A stretch of DNA of 23,617 bases from Planctomycetota bacterium. Lineage in GTDB: Bacteria; Planctomycetota; B15-G4; SIAN01. The translations under genes were made by a program, and so were the position numbers. The notes beneath the pieces are model-generated. The model was not told the origin of the DNA and did no database searches. It saw nothing but the letters and a program-made list of their open reading frames with translations. Of this stretch, positions 9,100 through 18,040 are shown piece after piece. Positions within the stretch are counted from its first letter, which is position 1. Each line of letters opens with the position of its first letter. Location of the stretch: the NCBI GenBank assembly GCA_031409275.1, contig JANNXA010000025.1, forward strand, positions 1-23,617, written 5' to 3'.

Positions 9100-10824
9100 T
9101 CACCGACCGAGGACGAGCTTCAGTCCCGCGCTCGCGGACTGCTTCTTCGCCGCGCCCGGATCGGCCACGAGGGTCTGCACGTAGAGCTCGAACGCGCAGA
9201 GCGAAGGATCGCTGTCGATGTCCTCGTCGATCGTCAACCCGCTCGGCGGGAGCGAGAGGGAGAGCGAGAGCAGCGGAAGGACGAGGAGGTCGCCGCCCTT
9301 CGCCATCGGCACCGAAATCTGGCTCAAGCCGACGAGGAGGACCGCGAGCGTCGTGTTGCTTGCCGAGCTGCCGACGTCGACATGGAGAGTCGTGCCGAGG
9401 ATCGGCGGCGCCTGGACCGTCAGCGTCGGAATGCCGTTCGCGCCGGGGAAGCCGGTGCCGTAGTTCGACCATGAGGCGACGGTCGAGCAGAGATCGCGGA
9501 CGAACACGTCGGAGAGTCCGTTCCCGTCCCCCGCGACCAGGTTGGTGGCGAGGCTGGTGAACGCCACCAGCAGCCCATCGGCCGAGATCGAGGCGGAGTA
9601 GCTGTCGGGATTGCTGTCGCCGCTCTGCTGGTCGCCCTCGGTCCCCGCGGTGTCGACGCTCACGCGATCGGTCAGCCCGGTGCGCAGGTCATGGACGAAG
9701 ACGTCGGCGACGCCGTTGCCGTCGCCGGCGACGAGGTTGGTCGCGAAGCTGGTGAAGACGACGCTGTTCCCGTCGGATGCGATCGCGGCGCCCGGGTAGC
9801 TGTCGCTGTCTCCTTCGATTCCGGAGGAGTCGACGCTCACTCGATCGGTGAGCCCCGTGGATCGGTCATGGACGAAGATGTCCCACGTCTTGTTCGAATC
9901 GTTCGCGACCAGATTGTCCGCGGCGCTTGGAAACACCACCTTCGTTGCGTCCCCCGAGATGGAGGGGAAGTAGCTCTCTCGGTTCGCCTCCATGCCCGAG
10001 GAATCGATGCTGACGCGCTCGGTGATCTTGGTGGCGCGGTCGTGCACGAAGATGTCCGCGACGTTGTTGCCGTCGCCAGTGACCAGGTTCGGCGCGAAGC
10101 TCGTGAACGCCACGACCATTCCATCCGCCGAGAGCGACGGGGAGTAGTTGTGGTCCTTGGACTGCTGGCCTGAGGAGTCGACGCTCACCCGCGTGGTGAC
10201 GGCCGTCGTTCGGTCATGGACGAAGATGTCGAACATCCCGTTGGTGTCATTGGACACCAGGTTGCTCGCCGTACTCATGAACGCCACGGTCTGCCCGTCC
10301 GAGGAGATCGAGGTGTTGAAGCTCCCGCCATTTCCACCGGACCCCGACGAACTCTTGCTGACGCGCGTCGTCTTCTTGGTCGAGCGATCGTGAACGAAGA
10401 CGTCGGTGACTCCATTGTTGTCGACGGCAATGAGGTTCGAGGCATCGCTGGTGAAGGCGACGAACTGGCCATCGCTCGAGATGGACGACTCGTAGTGGCT
10501 GGTTTTGAACTCACCGCTCGGAGCGTTGCCCTCTGCTCCGCTCGAGGAGACGCTCACTCGTTCGGTGATTCCGGTCGAACGGTCATGGACGAAGATGTCC
10601 GCGAAGCCGTTGGTGTCGCCGCTGACGAGGTTCGACGCGGTGCTGGTGAACACCACGAATCGGCCGTCCGCCGACATGCTTTGCGCGAGGCATGCGTCCT
10701 TGGCTTCCGCTCCGGCGGAGTCGACGCTGACCCGTGTGGTGACTTGAGCGTTGGCGACGGCCGTCGCGATCGCGAGACCGACCGTCGTTCGCAGGAAACT
10801 CAACGGCCACCGAATGGCTGCCAT
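9100..10824 (-). CDS. Secreted TolB/PD40-like 7-repeat beta-propeller protein with C-terminal beta domain
   Basis: ATG 10824 after AAGGAG, 574 aa, signal peptide ending ANA|Q. Seven repeats of about 58-65 aa: T-x-R-V-S-x-x-S-x-G...S-x-D-G...V-x-F-x-S-x-A-x-N-L-V-x-x-D-x-N...D-(I/V)-F-V-H-D. Confidence 0.88.
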   Translation of the reverse strand: MAAIRWPLSFLRTTVGLAIATAVANAQVTTRVSVDSAGAEAKDACLAQSMSADGRFVVFTSTASNLVSGDTNGFADIFVHDRSTGITERVSVSSSGAEGNAPSGEFKTSHYESSISSDGQFVAFTSDASNLIAVDNNGVTDVFVHDRSTKKTTRVSKSSSGSGGNGGSFNTSISSDGQTVAFMSTASNLVSNDTNGMFDIFVHDRTTAVTTRVSVDSSGQQSKDHNYSPSLSADGMVVAFTSFAPNLVTGDGNNVADIFVHDRATKITERVSIDSSGMEANRESYFPSISGDATKVVFPSAADNLVANDSNKTWDIFVHDRSTGLTDRVSVDSSGIEGDSDSYPGAAIASDGNSVVFTSFATNLVAGDGNGVADVFVHDLRTGLTDRVSVDTAGTEGDQQSGDSNPDSYSASISADGLLVAFTSLATNLVAGDGNGLSDVFVRDLCSTVASWSNYGTGFPGANGIPTLTVQAPPILGTTLHVDVGSSASNTTLAVLLVGLSQISVPMAKGGDLLVLPLLSLSLSLPPSGLTIDEDIDSDPSLCAFELYVQTLVADPGAAKKQSASAGLKLVLGR

Positions 10825-11168
10825 GCGCGGCTCCTTCACTGCCGTCGGCGTCCCGATGGATGACGGCAGTCACCCCTTGGATCAACCTCGAATCGAGGTC
10901 GCCGCCATCATCAGTCGACCTCCCGCGAGCACAAGGGGTCGAACCAGGCGTCGCCGTCAGCCAGCCGATCGAGAGGCAGGAGCCTCCGTGAGAAGCTCTC
11001 CGGCGCTCCAGGTGCGTGCATTACTGCGTTCGTGTCGAACGGGTCGTTTCACAGGAGCGCGTCCGTTCCGACCAGGAGCTGCGCGCGCTGCCAGTAGCTA
11101 CGCCTGCTGCTCGGCACGAGCGCGCTGGCGCACGTGATCGCCGAGCGCAGGAGTGGCCGGTCGACGGT

Positions 11169-14000
11169 TCACTCGAACGTGAGCGCCTGATCGGGACTCT
11201 GCACGAGGCCGCCGCTCCAGCCGGTTGCGTGACCACGCAGCGTCCAGATCGTGCCGCTCAAGCCGGGCGGAACGACACCGCACGCGAACCACTCGCGTTG
11301 CGCGTCGAAGACACCGGCGTCGAGCGTGATGGAAACGGGGACGCCGTCGATGGCGACGAGTTCCAGTACGGCCGCGTTGCCAGTCGGTGCGCCGCGCAGG
11401 TAGGCGAAGACGGTGTCGTTTGGCTTCGCTTGCGCCGGATCGAGCTGCAGCATCAGGTCGTCGAGCACGAGGAGCCACACGCTCCCGAGTCCGTCGAGCG
11501 CCTGGTCGTCGACGACGAAGAGGTCGCGGATCGCGTTGCCGTCGGGCGAACCCGACTGCCAGGCGGCCGTCGTGGAGAGGCGGCGCGGCGTCCGGGTCGC
11601 ATCGCCCTCGAAGCGCGCCAGCAACGCGCCGTCGGAGCCGGAGCGCACCTCGATGCGCGGCGGGACCGAGCCGATCGCAGCCCAGTCGCAGCGACCATCG
11701 CCATCGAGGTCGCCCATGGCGACGAGCGACTGCCCGAAGCGATCGCCTGCCGTCAAGCCTGGCGCGGCGAAGAGCAATGTGAGGCCCGCGCCCGAGTAGG
11801 CCCGCACGGCACCGCTGGATGCGCTGGCGCCCGGCGCCGCGGCGGCGAAATCGGGAACGTCATCGCCATCCACATCTCCGAGCGCCGCGATCGCGGAGCC
11901 GAACTCCTCGGAGGCGGCGCCGCCGAACTGCTCGTCGAGTTGGGCGCCCGCGACACCGCTGAGGATCGCGACGCGGCCGGCTTGGGGCGCGATCAGGCTG
12001 TTGTACGGGGCTCCCATCGCCCAATCGCTGACGCCGTCCCCGTCGACATCGCCGAGGAACGCGATGGCGCGGCCGAGCTGCTCCTTCTTCCGGACGCCAT
12101 GGACCTCGAGGAGGAGCGCGCCCGTCGCGAGGTCGACCACCACGACGCGTCCCGCCTCGTTGACCGGAGGGTTGCCGGGGTAGCCAGAGATGTGCTCCGC
12201 GATGGCGAGCTCCGCCGAGCCGGTGGCGGGCTGCACGCCAACGGCGAGCACCGCTCCGAAGTTCGACCACTCGTTGCCGAGGTGGTAGCTGGCGAGCTTG
12301 GCGCTCGTCGAGCTAGACAGAACTTCGACCCAGGGGTTCGCTCCCGGAACGATGGTGGTCGCGAGATCCTCTCTCCCATCTCCATCGAGGTCAGGCACGG
12401 CCGCGAGCGTGGTGATGCCGAAGTTCCACGTGGTGAGGCCGCCGATCTGGCGGCCGCTCGTTCCGGAATAGAGTCGCAACGGGCGCTGCGAGCCGGCGTA
12501 CTCCCCGTTCGCGCCCAGGAAGGAGACGGCGAGGTCGCGACGTCCATCGCCGTCCTGGTCGTCGACAGTGGCGATCGCGCCGTCCATCTGCCACCGCTGT
12601 GCCTCGCCGACGGCGTTGACGATCGTCGCCCCGTCGCTCCAACGGCGCCCGGTGATCGCGCCCGCGATGGTGTAGGAGGCCTCGCGGTCGGGGTCGGCGA
12701 TGACGATGTCCTCGACCGCATCGCCATCGAGATCGCCGCCTGCGAGGAACGTCGGGAACGCGGCCGAGGAGTAGGGGAGGTCCAACGCCGTCGCGTGCAC
12801 CTGCTGGCCATCGCGCGTTTGAAGCAGGATGAGATCGAGGCGGCTCGGCGCGGGGTGGTACGGCAGGCTTGGCGACCCCGCGGTCATCTCTCGGGGGATC
12901 CATGGCCCGCCCCACCAGTCGGACCCCGGCAAGGTTGCGAAGTAGCCGACGGCGATCTCGTCGATCCCATCGCCATCGAAGTCTCCGGCGCCGCCGGCGA
13001 CGACGACCGCCGAGGCGCTCACGCCGAGCAGCGCGCTCCACCGCTCGACGCCGCTTCGCAACGAGAGCGCCCGAACGGAAGCGCGGGCGCCGCCGCCCCT
13101 CGACTTCACGCCCAGCACGACGTCGCGCTCCCCATCGCCGTCCAGGTCCCCGGTCGCGGCGAGGGTGGAGACGCTCCACGCGCGATCGGAGGGACGATCG
13201 AAGCGCACCACCTGCAGCTCGTTGCCGCTGCGGCTCGACACCAGTCGCACGACATCGGCGAGCCAGCCCCCGACATCTTCGCGATCGAGCAGCGCGAAGT
13301 CGCGGCAGCCGTCGCCGTCGATGTCGTCGACCAACGCGATGCGCCCGCGCCCGCCGAGCTCTGCCCCTTCGGCGCTGCCGACGATGCGCAACAGGAGCGA
13401 GCCGTTGACGCTCGAGAAGACTCGCGCGATGCCGCCGGCGAGCACGAGAGTCTCCTCGGGCGCGCCGATCACCACCTCCTGGCGGCCATCGCCGTCGAGG
13501 TCGTCGGAGGCGAAGAGCGCGCTGCCGAAGCTCGCCGAATAGGTGCGATGGAGTTCGCGCAGCTTCGCTCCGGTCGCGCTCGAGACGAGTTCGGCGCGAC
13601 CGGTGGCGCCGACCCAGAGGTCGTCGCGGCCGTCGCCGTCCTGATCGCCGACCGCGACGAGCGCTCGCCCGAAGTTGGCGTCGGGTGGCGTCGTCGGCCG
13701 CTCAAGCAGCTCGGTGAAGGTCGCTCCGGAGAGGAGGCGGATCGTCCCGCTCGCGCCGAGATCCGCGGGAGCGCCGGCGACCAGCTCCGCGATGCCGTCG
13801 CCATCGGCATCGGGCAGCCAGCAGAGGGCGGCGCCGAAGTGGGAGAGCGACCGCTCGCCGTCGATCCGCCACGCCTCCTGCTGCGCGGCGGCGCGGCCGG
13901 CGATCAGCAACGCGAGCGCGATCGGGACCGCGGCGCTGCGCAGCGGAATGCAGGACGAGACGCGGCACGTGGCGCGAGACGGACGACGCGGGCAGGACAT
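11169..14000 (-). CDS. Secreted FG-GAP/integrin-alpha repeat protein (about 14 repeats) with C-terminal beta domain
   Basis: ATG 14000 after AAGGAG, 943 aa, signal peptide ending AAA|QQ. Repeated FG...GDxDGDG..D...GAP units: 12 clear and 2 degenerate. Confidence 0.88.
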   Translation of the reverse strand: MSCPRRPSRATCRVSSCIPLRSAAVPIALALLIAGRAAAQQEAWRIDGERSLSHFGAALCWLPDADGDGIAELVAGAPADLGASGTIRLLSGATFTELLERPTTPPDANFGRALVAVGDQDGDGRDDLWVGATGRAELVSSATGAKLRELHRTYSASFGSALFASDDLDGDGRQEVVIGAPEETLVLAGGIARVFSSVNGSLLLRIVGSAEGAELGGRGRIALVDDIDGDGCRDFALLDREDVGGWLADVVRLVSSRSGNELQVVRFDRPSDRAWSVSTLAATGDLDGDGERDVVLGVKSRGGGARASVRALSLRSGVERWSALLGVSASAVVVAGGAGDFDGDGIDEIAVGYFATLPGSDWWGGPWIPREMTAGSPSLPYHPAPSRLDLILLQTRDGQQVHATALDLPYSSAAFPTFLAGGDLDGDAVEDIVIADPDREASYTIAGAITGRRWSDGATIVNAVGEAQRWQMDGAIATVDDQDGDGRRDLAVSFLGANGEYAGSQRPLRLYSGTSGRQIGGLTTWNFGITTLAAVPDLDGDGREDLATTIVPGANPWVEVLSSSTSAKLASYHLGNEWSNFGAVLAVGVQPATGSAELAIAEHISGYPGNPPVNEAGRVVVVDLATGALLLEVHGVRKKEQLGRAIAFLGDVDGDGVSDWAMGAPYNSLIAPQAGRVAILSGVAGAQLDEQFGGAASEEFGSAIAALGDVDGDDVPDFAAAAPGASASSGAVRAYSGAGLTLLFAAPGLTAGDRFGQSLVAMGDLDGDGRCDWAAIGSVPPRIEVRSGSDGALLARFEGDATRTPRRLSTTAAWQSGSPDGNAIRDLFVVDDQALDGLGSVWLLVLDDLMLQLDPAQAKPNDTVFAYLRGAPTGNAAVLELVAIDGVPVSITLDAGVFDAQREWFACGVVPPGLSGTIWTLRGHATGWSGGLVQSPDQALTFE

Positions 14001-14083
14001 CGTCGACTCCTTGTTCACTTGGAGGTAGGCCGGAGCGACTGCGCAAAGCAGCGCCTCGACCGGCAGTGCTTCTGCTCGGCGCG

Positions 14084-15871
14084 TCACTCGAGCTTCACGC
14101 TCACCTCGGCGTAGCCGCCCTTCTCCGCGTCGTAGCTCACCTTTGCGAAGCCGCGGCCGCGGAGGATGTAGCGCAGTTTCAGCTCGCCGCGACCCGCGAT
14201 GCCCGATTCGATGCGCAGCTGGCCGGGCGTCTTGTCGTCGACCAGCGCATCGCGTTCGCGGCGGAAGCGGTCGGTCAGGTAGGCGGCCGAGACGACCTGA
14301 ACGTCGTCGCCGCTGATGGTGAGCAGGTCGGGGCGGCCGATCTTCTTCTGCGCGGCGAGTCCGCTGCGGGTCGGGATCAGTTTCGGGTTGCCCACCACGA
14401 CTTCGAGCGCGTAGACGTCGCCGCCGAGCTTCTCCACCTTCGCGCTGCGCAGCTCGACCTTCGGCAGCGAGTCGGCGTGGTACCAGCAGAACGCCGCGTT
14501 GCGATGCAGCATCTCCTCGATCATGAAGCTCGGCGGGACGCGGCCCGTCATCTTCTTGTCGCCGCCGATCTCGATGTCGCCGTAGAGCGGGTGCTTCGCG
14601 GCGCGCCACGGCGAGAAGGCATCGCCGAGCATCAGCTTGTCGTTGAAGAAGCGCTCGCCCGCGTCGCCTTCCGGCGCGCCTTCGACCTTCTGGAAGTACT
14701 GGCCCGAATTCCACAGCTCGTTGGTGAAGCTGAAGATGCCGAGCCCTTCGTACGTCCAGTTCACGAAGCCGCCCCAGACCGTGTAGAGGTCCTTCCAGAT
14801 CACCATGTACTTGTAGAACGGGAGCATCTTCTCGCCGTCCTTGCCGATCTCGTCGTAGACCGCGACGTCGCCGCGCGGGTACTCGCCGTACGCTTCGGCA
14901 CCTGGCCCGCGCAGGATCATCCCGCCGGCGTTGTGGAACGACTGGACGCCCGCGATGTGCGGACGCGCCAGGATGAAGTCGGCGACGGCGCGGCACTCGG
15001 GGAAGCAGAGCGGCCACTCGCCGGCGCCGAACTGGATGAAGTTGGGCATCCAGCTCGAGGGCCAGTTGCGGTTCATGTCGTAACCGCCCTTGTCGTCTTC
15101 GTTGATGCGGCCGTCGCCGTCGTTGTCGATTCCCTCTTCGCCGAGCAGGATCCAGTCGCCCTTCTTGCCTGGCGGCGGACGGATCAGCACGCGCGGATCG
15201 TCCGGATCGAGGCGCCAATCGCCCTCGCCCGGCATGTACTTGCGCATCGACTCGATCGAGCCGTCGCCGTCGAGGTCGTCGGCCGGATCCTCATCCACGA
15301 GGCCGTCGCCGTCGTTGTCGGTGGGGCGTACGCCGCTGCGCGAGCTCGACGAGTCGTTCGCCGCGTCGAACCAATGGGCGCGTCCGTCGGGATTCTGCGT
15401 CGGCAGCACATAGAAGACGCGTTCATCGAGGAGGCGCGTCGCCTGCTCGATCTCGCCGTACCCTTCGAGCAGGTACCAGATGGCGTAGAGCGCGGCCTCG
15501 CCGCCCTGCACTTCGTTGCCGTGCACGTTGCCGTCGATCCACATCGCCGACTTGCGCGCCGCGGCGCCGCTCTTCGGGTTGTGGACGATCAGCAGCGGCA
15601 GTTCGCGCCCCTCGATGCTCTTGCCGATGAACTCGAGCTTCACGAAATCGGGGAAGCCCTTCTCGAGCCGGCGACACAGTTCGACGAGCTCGGGGTAGTC
15701 GTAGAAGCGGTTCCATGCGATCTCGACCTTGTGGGTCGAGCGCGTCTGTGCGGCGGCCGGGGCGGCGAGCAGGGAGGCGGCGGCCACGGGCGCGAGGGCG
15801 AGCAAGGCGAGGCGGGCGAGCTTCATCGAAGGGCTCCGGGTGGTGGCGAGGGAGGAGTGGGGCGCGCTCAT
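14084..15871 (-). CDS. M14 zinc carboxypeptidase, catalytically intact, secreted
   Basis: Start at 15871 (ATGA overlap with the upstream stop) or 15826 (MKLARLALL). Motifs IGKSIEGR, DGNVHGNE (HxxE, 15512-15523), NPDG, DMNRNWP, SFH and FTNELW. Inserted DxDGDG loops. Confidence 0.92.
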   Translation of the reverse strand: MSAPHSSLATTRSPSMKLARLALLALAPVAAASLLAAPAAAQTRSTHKVEIAWNRFYDYPELVELCRRLEKGFPDFVKLEFIGKSIEGRELPLLIVHNPKSGAAARKSAMWIDGNVHGNEVQGGEAALYAIWYLLEGYGEIEQATRLLDERVFYVLPTQNPDGRAHWFDAANDSSSSRSGVRPTDNDGDGLVDEDPADDLDGDGSIESMRKYMPGEGDWRLDPDDPRVLIRPPPGKKGDWILLGEEGIDNDGDGRINEDDKGGYDMNRNWPSSWMPNFIQFGAGEWPLCFPECRAVADFILARPHIAGVQSFHNAGGMILRGPGAEAYGEYPRGDVAVYDEIGKDGEKMLPFYKYMVIWKDLYTVWGGFVNWTYEGLGIFSFTNELWNSGQYFQKVEGAPEGDAGERFFNDKLMLGDAFSPWRAAKHPLYGDIEIGGDKKMTGRVPPSFMIEEMLHRNAAFCWYHADSLPKVELRSAKVEKLGGDVYALEVVVGNPKLIPTRSGLAAQKKIGRPDLLTISGDDVQVVSAAYLTDRFRRERDALVDDKTPGQLRIESGIAGRGELKLRYILRGRGFAKVSYDAEKGGYAEVSVKLE

Positions 15872-17826
15872 CGCAGCTCGACGACGCGTTCGTCGTCTCC
15901 CGCTTTCTCCGACCACAACCGCAACATCACTTCGCTGCCGCTCTCCGCCTGCAGCATCCACGTCACCTCGCGACGTCCGAGGCCTTCGATGCGCATCCAC
16001 GTCTGCCGCGCCTGACCTTGAAGGAGCTTCACCGAGCCGAGGTCGAGATCGAGGCGCGTCGACTTCGGGCGGCGATTGCGCTCCGCCATGCTGCACATCG
16101 AAGGCAGCCAGCCATCGTTGACGACGGTCGCGGTCACGCGGAACAGGTCGCCGCCGAGGTTCTCGACCTTGACGTCGCCGACGCGCAACTGCGCGAAGAG
16201 CCCGCCGACGGCGATCAGGTAGTCGCTGTGCTTGCGCGCCAGCTCGCCGACTTCGGCCAGCGGCGGGTTGCTGCGCAGGTAGGGCTTCCAGCCGCCGACT
16301 TCGACATCACCAAGCGTCGGGTGGCGCACCGCGGCCCACGGAACGAAAGCGACACCGCTCATCGCGTGGTCATTCCACAAGAACAGCTTGCTCTCGTCCG
16401 CGTCGGGCTTGCTGCCGCCGCCTTCGGCACCCGCGCCAGGGGCCGCGCCACCGCCACCGCCACCGCCTCCGCGGCGACCGCCGCCTCTTGCCGGAACCGG
16501 GTCGACCGCTTCCGGCTTGGGCGCGTCGCTCGGCTCTTTCACCGCGTCCGGTTTGGCGGCGTCCGGCTTCTCGTTCTCCGACTTCTCCGCCGCGGGCGCC
16601 TTGACGTCGAGCGGTGGTGACCAGAGGTGGATCGCCAGCGTCGGGATCCCGAACTGGAAGTAGGCGAACGGCACGAAGGCGCCGTCGTCCGCTTCCATCA
16701 GCGGTTTGCTGCTGACGCCCGTCGCGGTGCGGTAGCGCGTGGCGAGCTCGCCGTAGAAGCCCTGATCGTCGCGCACGATTCCCGCCGGCATCGAGCGATT
16801 CATGCGGAAGGCGCCGAAGCCGCCGCCGCCTGCCGGAGGCGCATCGCCACCGCTGTCGGCCTTGGCGTCGATCGCGACGTTGTCGTGGACGCCGTAGACG
16901 ATGGCCACCGCGATCGCTGGATGGTCGATCAGGAACTGGCCGAGCGCGCGGCTCTCCGGCTCGTCCATCGGGACGCGACCCGCGGCCGGGTCGAACTCCT
17001 GCCAGCGCTGCGGGAAGTTGCGGTTCGGGACGACGTCGCCGATGCCGTCTTCGCCGCATTCGCCATCGCCGTCGCGATCGATCCCTTCGACCGCGACCTT
17101 GTAGACCCCGCGCTCCCCCTTCAGCGGATCGGCCGGGCGCAACAGCCGAGCGTCGGCGGGATCGGCGATGAAGGTGCCCGCCGGGTCCTTCCAGCGCATC
17201 TGGGTGATGAAGCCGTCGCCGTTCAAGTCGTCGGGCGCGTCCTCGTCGATGGCGCCGTCACGGTCGTCGTCGATCGGTCGCAAGTTGCCGCGCACTTCGC
17301 GCTTCACCGTCGCGAAGGCCGCTTGCGCGCCGTCGGGGTTGGCGCGCGGCACCAGGTAGATCAGATGCTCGTCGAGCAGCTTGGTGACGGCGGCATCGCT
17401 GCCGTAGCTGGTGAGCAACCGGCGCAGGTGGTCGAGCACCACTTCGGTTCCGACGAGGTGGTGGCCGTCGAGGCCCGCGACCACGAGGAGCGCGGGCAAC
17501 CGATCGCGCTGCGGGTGGTCGATCATCCCGAGCTCGACGCACCAGAGCGGCCGGCCGGCGCGCGACTTTCCGTACGTGGTGATGCGGGCCAGTTCGCGGT
17601 GGCCCGCCGTGAGCGCTTCGATCTCGCGTTCGAGCGCGGCCGCGTCCTTCCATTCCGTCACGGCGACGGCGGGAGCCGCCACGACCGGTGGCGCGGAGTC
17701 GACGCCGGGCGCGGGTGGCGGCGCCGGCTGCTGCGCGAAGAGCGGCGGTGCCGAGCCGATCGCGAGCGTTGCCGCCACCCACCCGCTTCGCCATGCGGCC
17801 TGCGCCGCGACGCGTCGTCGCTCCAT
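15868..17826 (-). CDS. M14 carboxypeptidase homologue lacking zinc/catalytic residues (pseudo-peptidase), secreted
   Basis: 652 aa, RBS AAGGAG. M14 scaffold motifs YGKSRAGR, ANPDG, PNRNFP and EPESRA are present. GLDGHH replaces the HxxE segment, IVYG replaces SFH and LAIHLW replaces FTNELW. Confidence 0.85.
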   Translation of the reverse strand: MERRRVAAQAAWRSGWVAATLAIGSAPPLFAQQPAPPPAPGVDSAPPVVAAPAVAVTEWKDAAALEREIEALTAGHRELARITTYGKSRAGRPLWCVELGMIDHPQRDRLPALLVVAGLDGHHLVGTEVVLDHLRRLLTSYGSDAAVTKLLDEHLIYLVPRANPDGAQAAFATVKREVRGNLRPIDDDRDGAIDEDAPDDLNGDGFITQMRWKDPAGTFIADPADARLLRPADPLKGERGVYKVAVEGIDRDGDGECGEDGIGDVVPNRNFPQRWQEFDPAAGRVPMDEPESRALGQFLIDHPAIAVAIVYGVHDNVAIDAKADSGGDAPPAGGGGFGAFRMNRSMPAGIVRDDQGFYGELATRYRTATGVSSKPLMEADDGAFVPFAYFQFGIPTLAIHLWSPPLDVKAPAAEKSENEKPDAAKPDAVKEPSDAPKPEAVDPVPARGGGRRGGGGGGGGAAPGAGAEGGGSKPDADESKLFLWNDHAMSGVAFVPWAAVRHPTLGDVEVGGWKPYLRSNPPLAEVGELARKHSDYLIAVGGLFAQLRVGDVKVENLGGDLFRVTATVVNDGWLPSMCSMAERNRRPKSTRLDLDLGSVKLLQGQARQTWMRIEGLGRREVTWMLQAESGSEVMLRLWSEKAGDDERVVELR

Positions 17827-18040
17827 TCCCTGCTCCTTCTTCCGATCGACTAGCGGCCGTGATCTGCGCCCCGAATGGAGGCGGTGGGGGGGCGAGTACG
17901 GTAGCCGAGGCGCGAAGTTCCCAGTGACGCTCCGCGATCGCGAGCTTCCTTCCCGGCATCTCCTTCCTGCGGATCGCCGTGGTCGGCGGTCGATAGCTCA
18001 CCGCGGTCGCGAGGCCTGCTCGCGACGACCGGAGGCGGCG

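Noticed and set aside
10934..10955. tRNA T-arm-like GGTTCGACCCC on the minus strand
   Set aside because: The stem pairs poorly and no acceptor strand or CCA follows.
11098..11151. PIN/VapC toxin remnant (LRLLLGTSALAHVIAER)
   Set aside because: Too short, no start codon, Gly in place of the conserved Asp and no antitoxin partner. Could be chance.
11016..14114. 1032-aa plus-strand ORF and similar long ORFs (1304..2845, 14066..16015, 17258..19486, 22592..23488)
   Set aside because: Antisense to genes with clear family motifs, Arg/Ala/Val-rich and without recognisable domains.
14001..15218. N-terminal extension making the FG-GAP protein 1349 aa
   Set aside because: It overlaps the M14 gene in another frame and is Arg-rich junk. 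RBS and signal peptide place the start at 14000.
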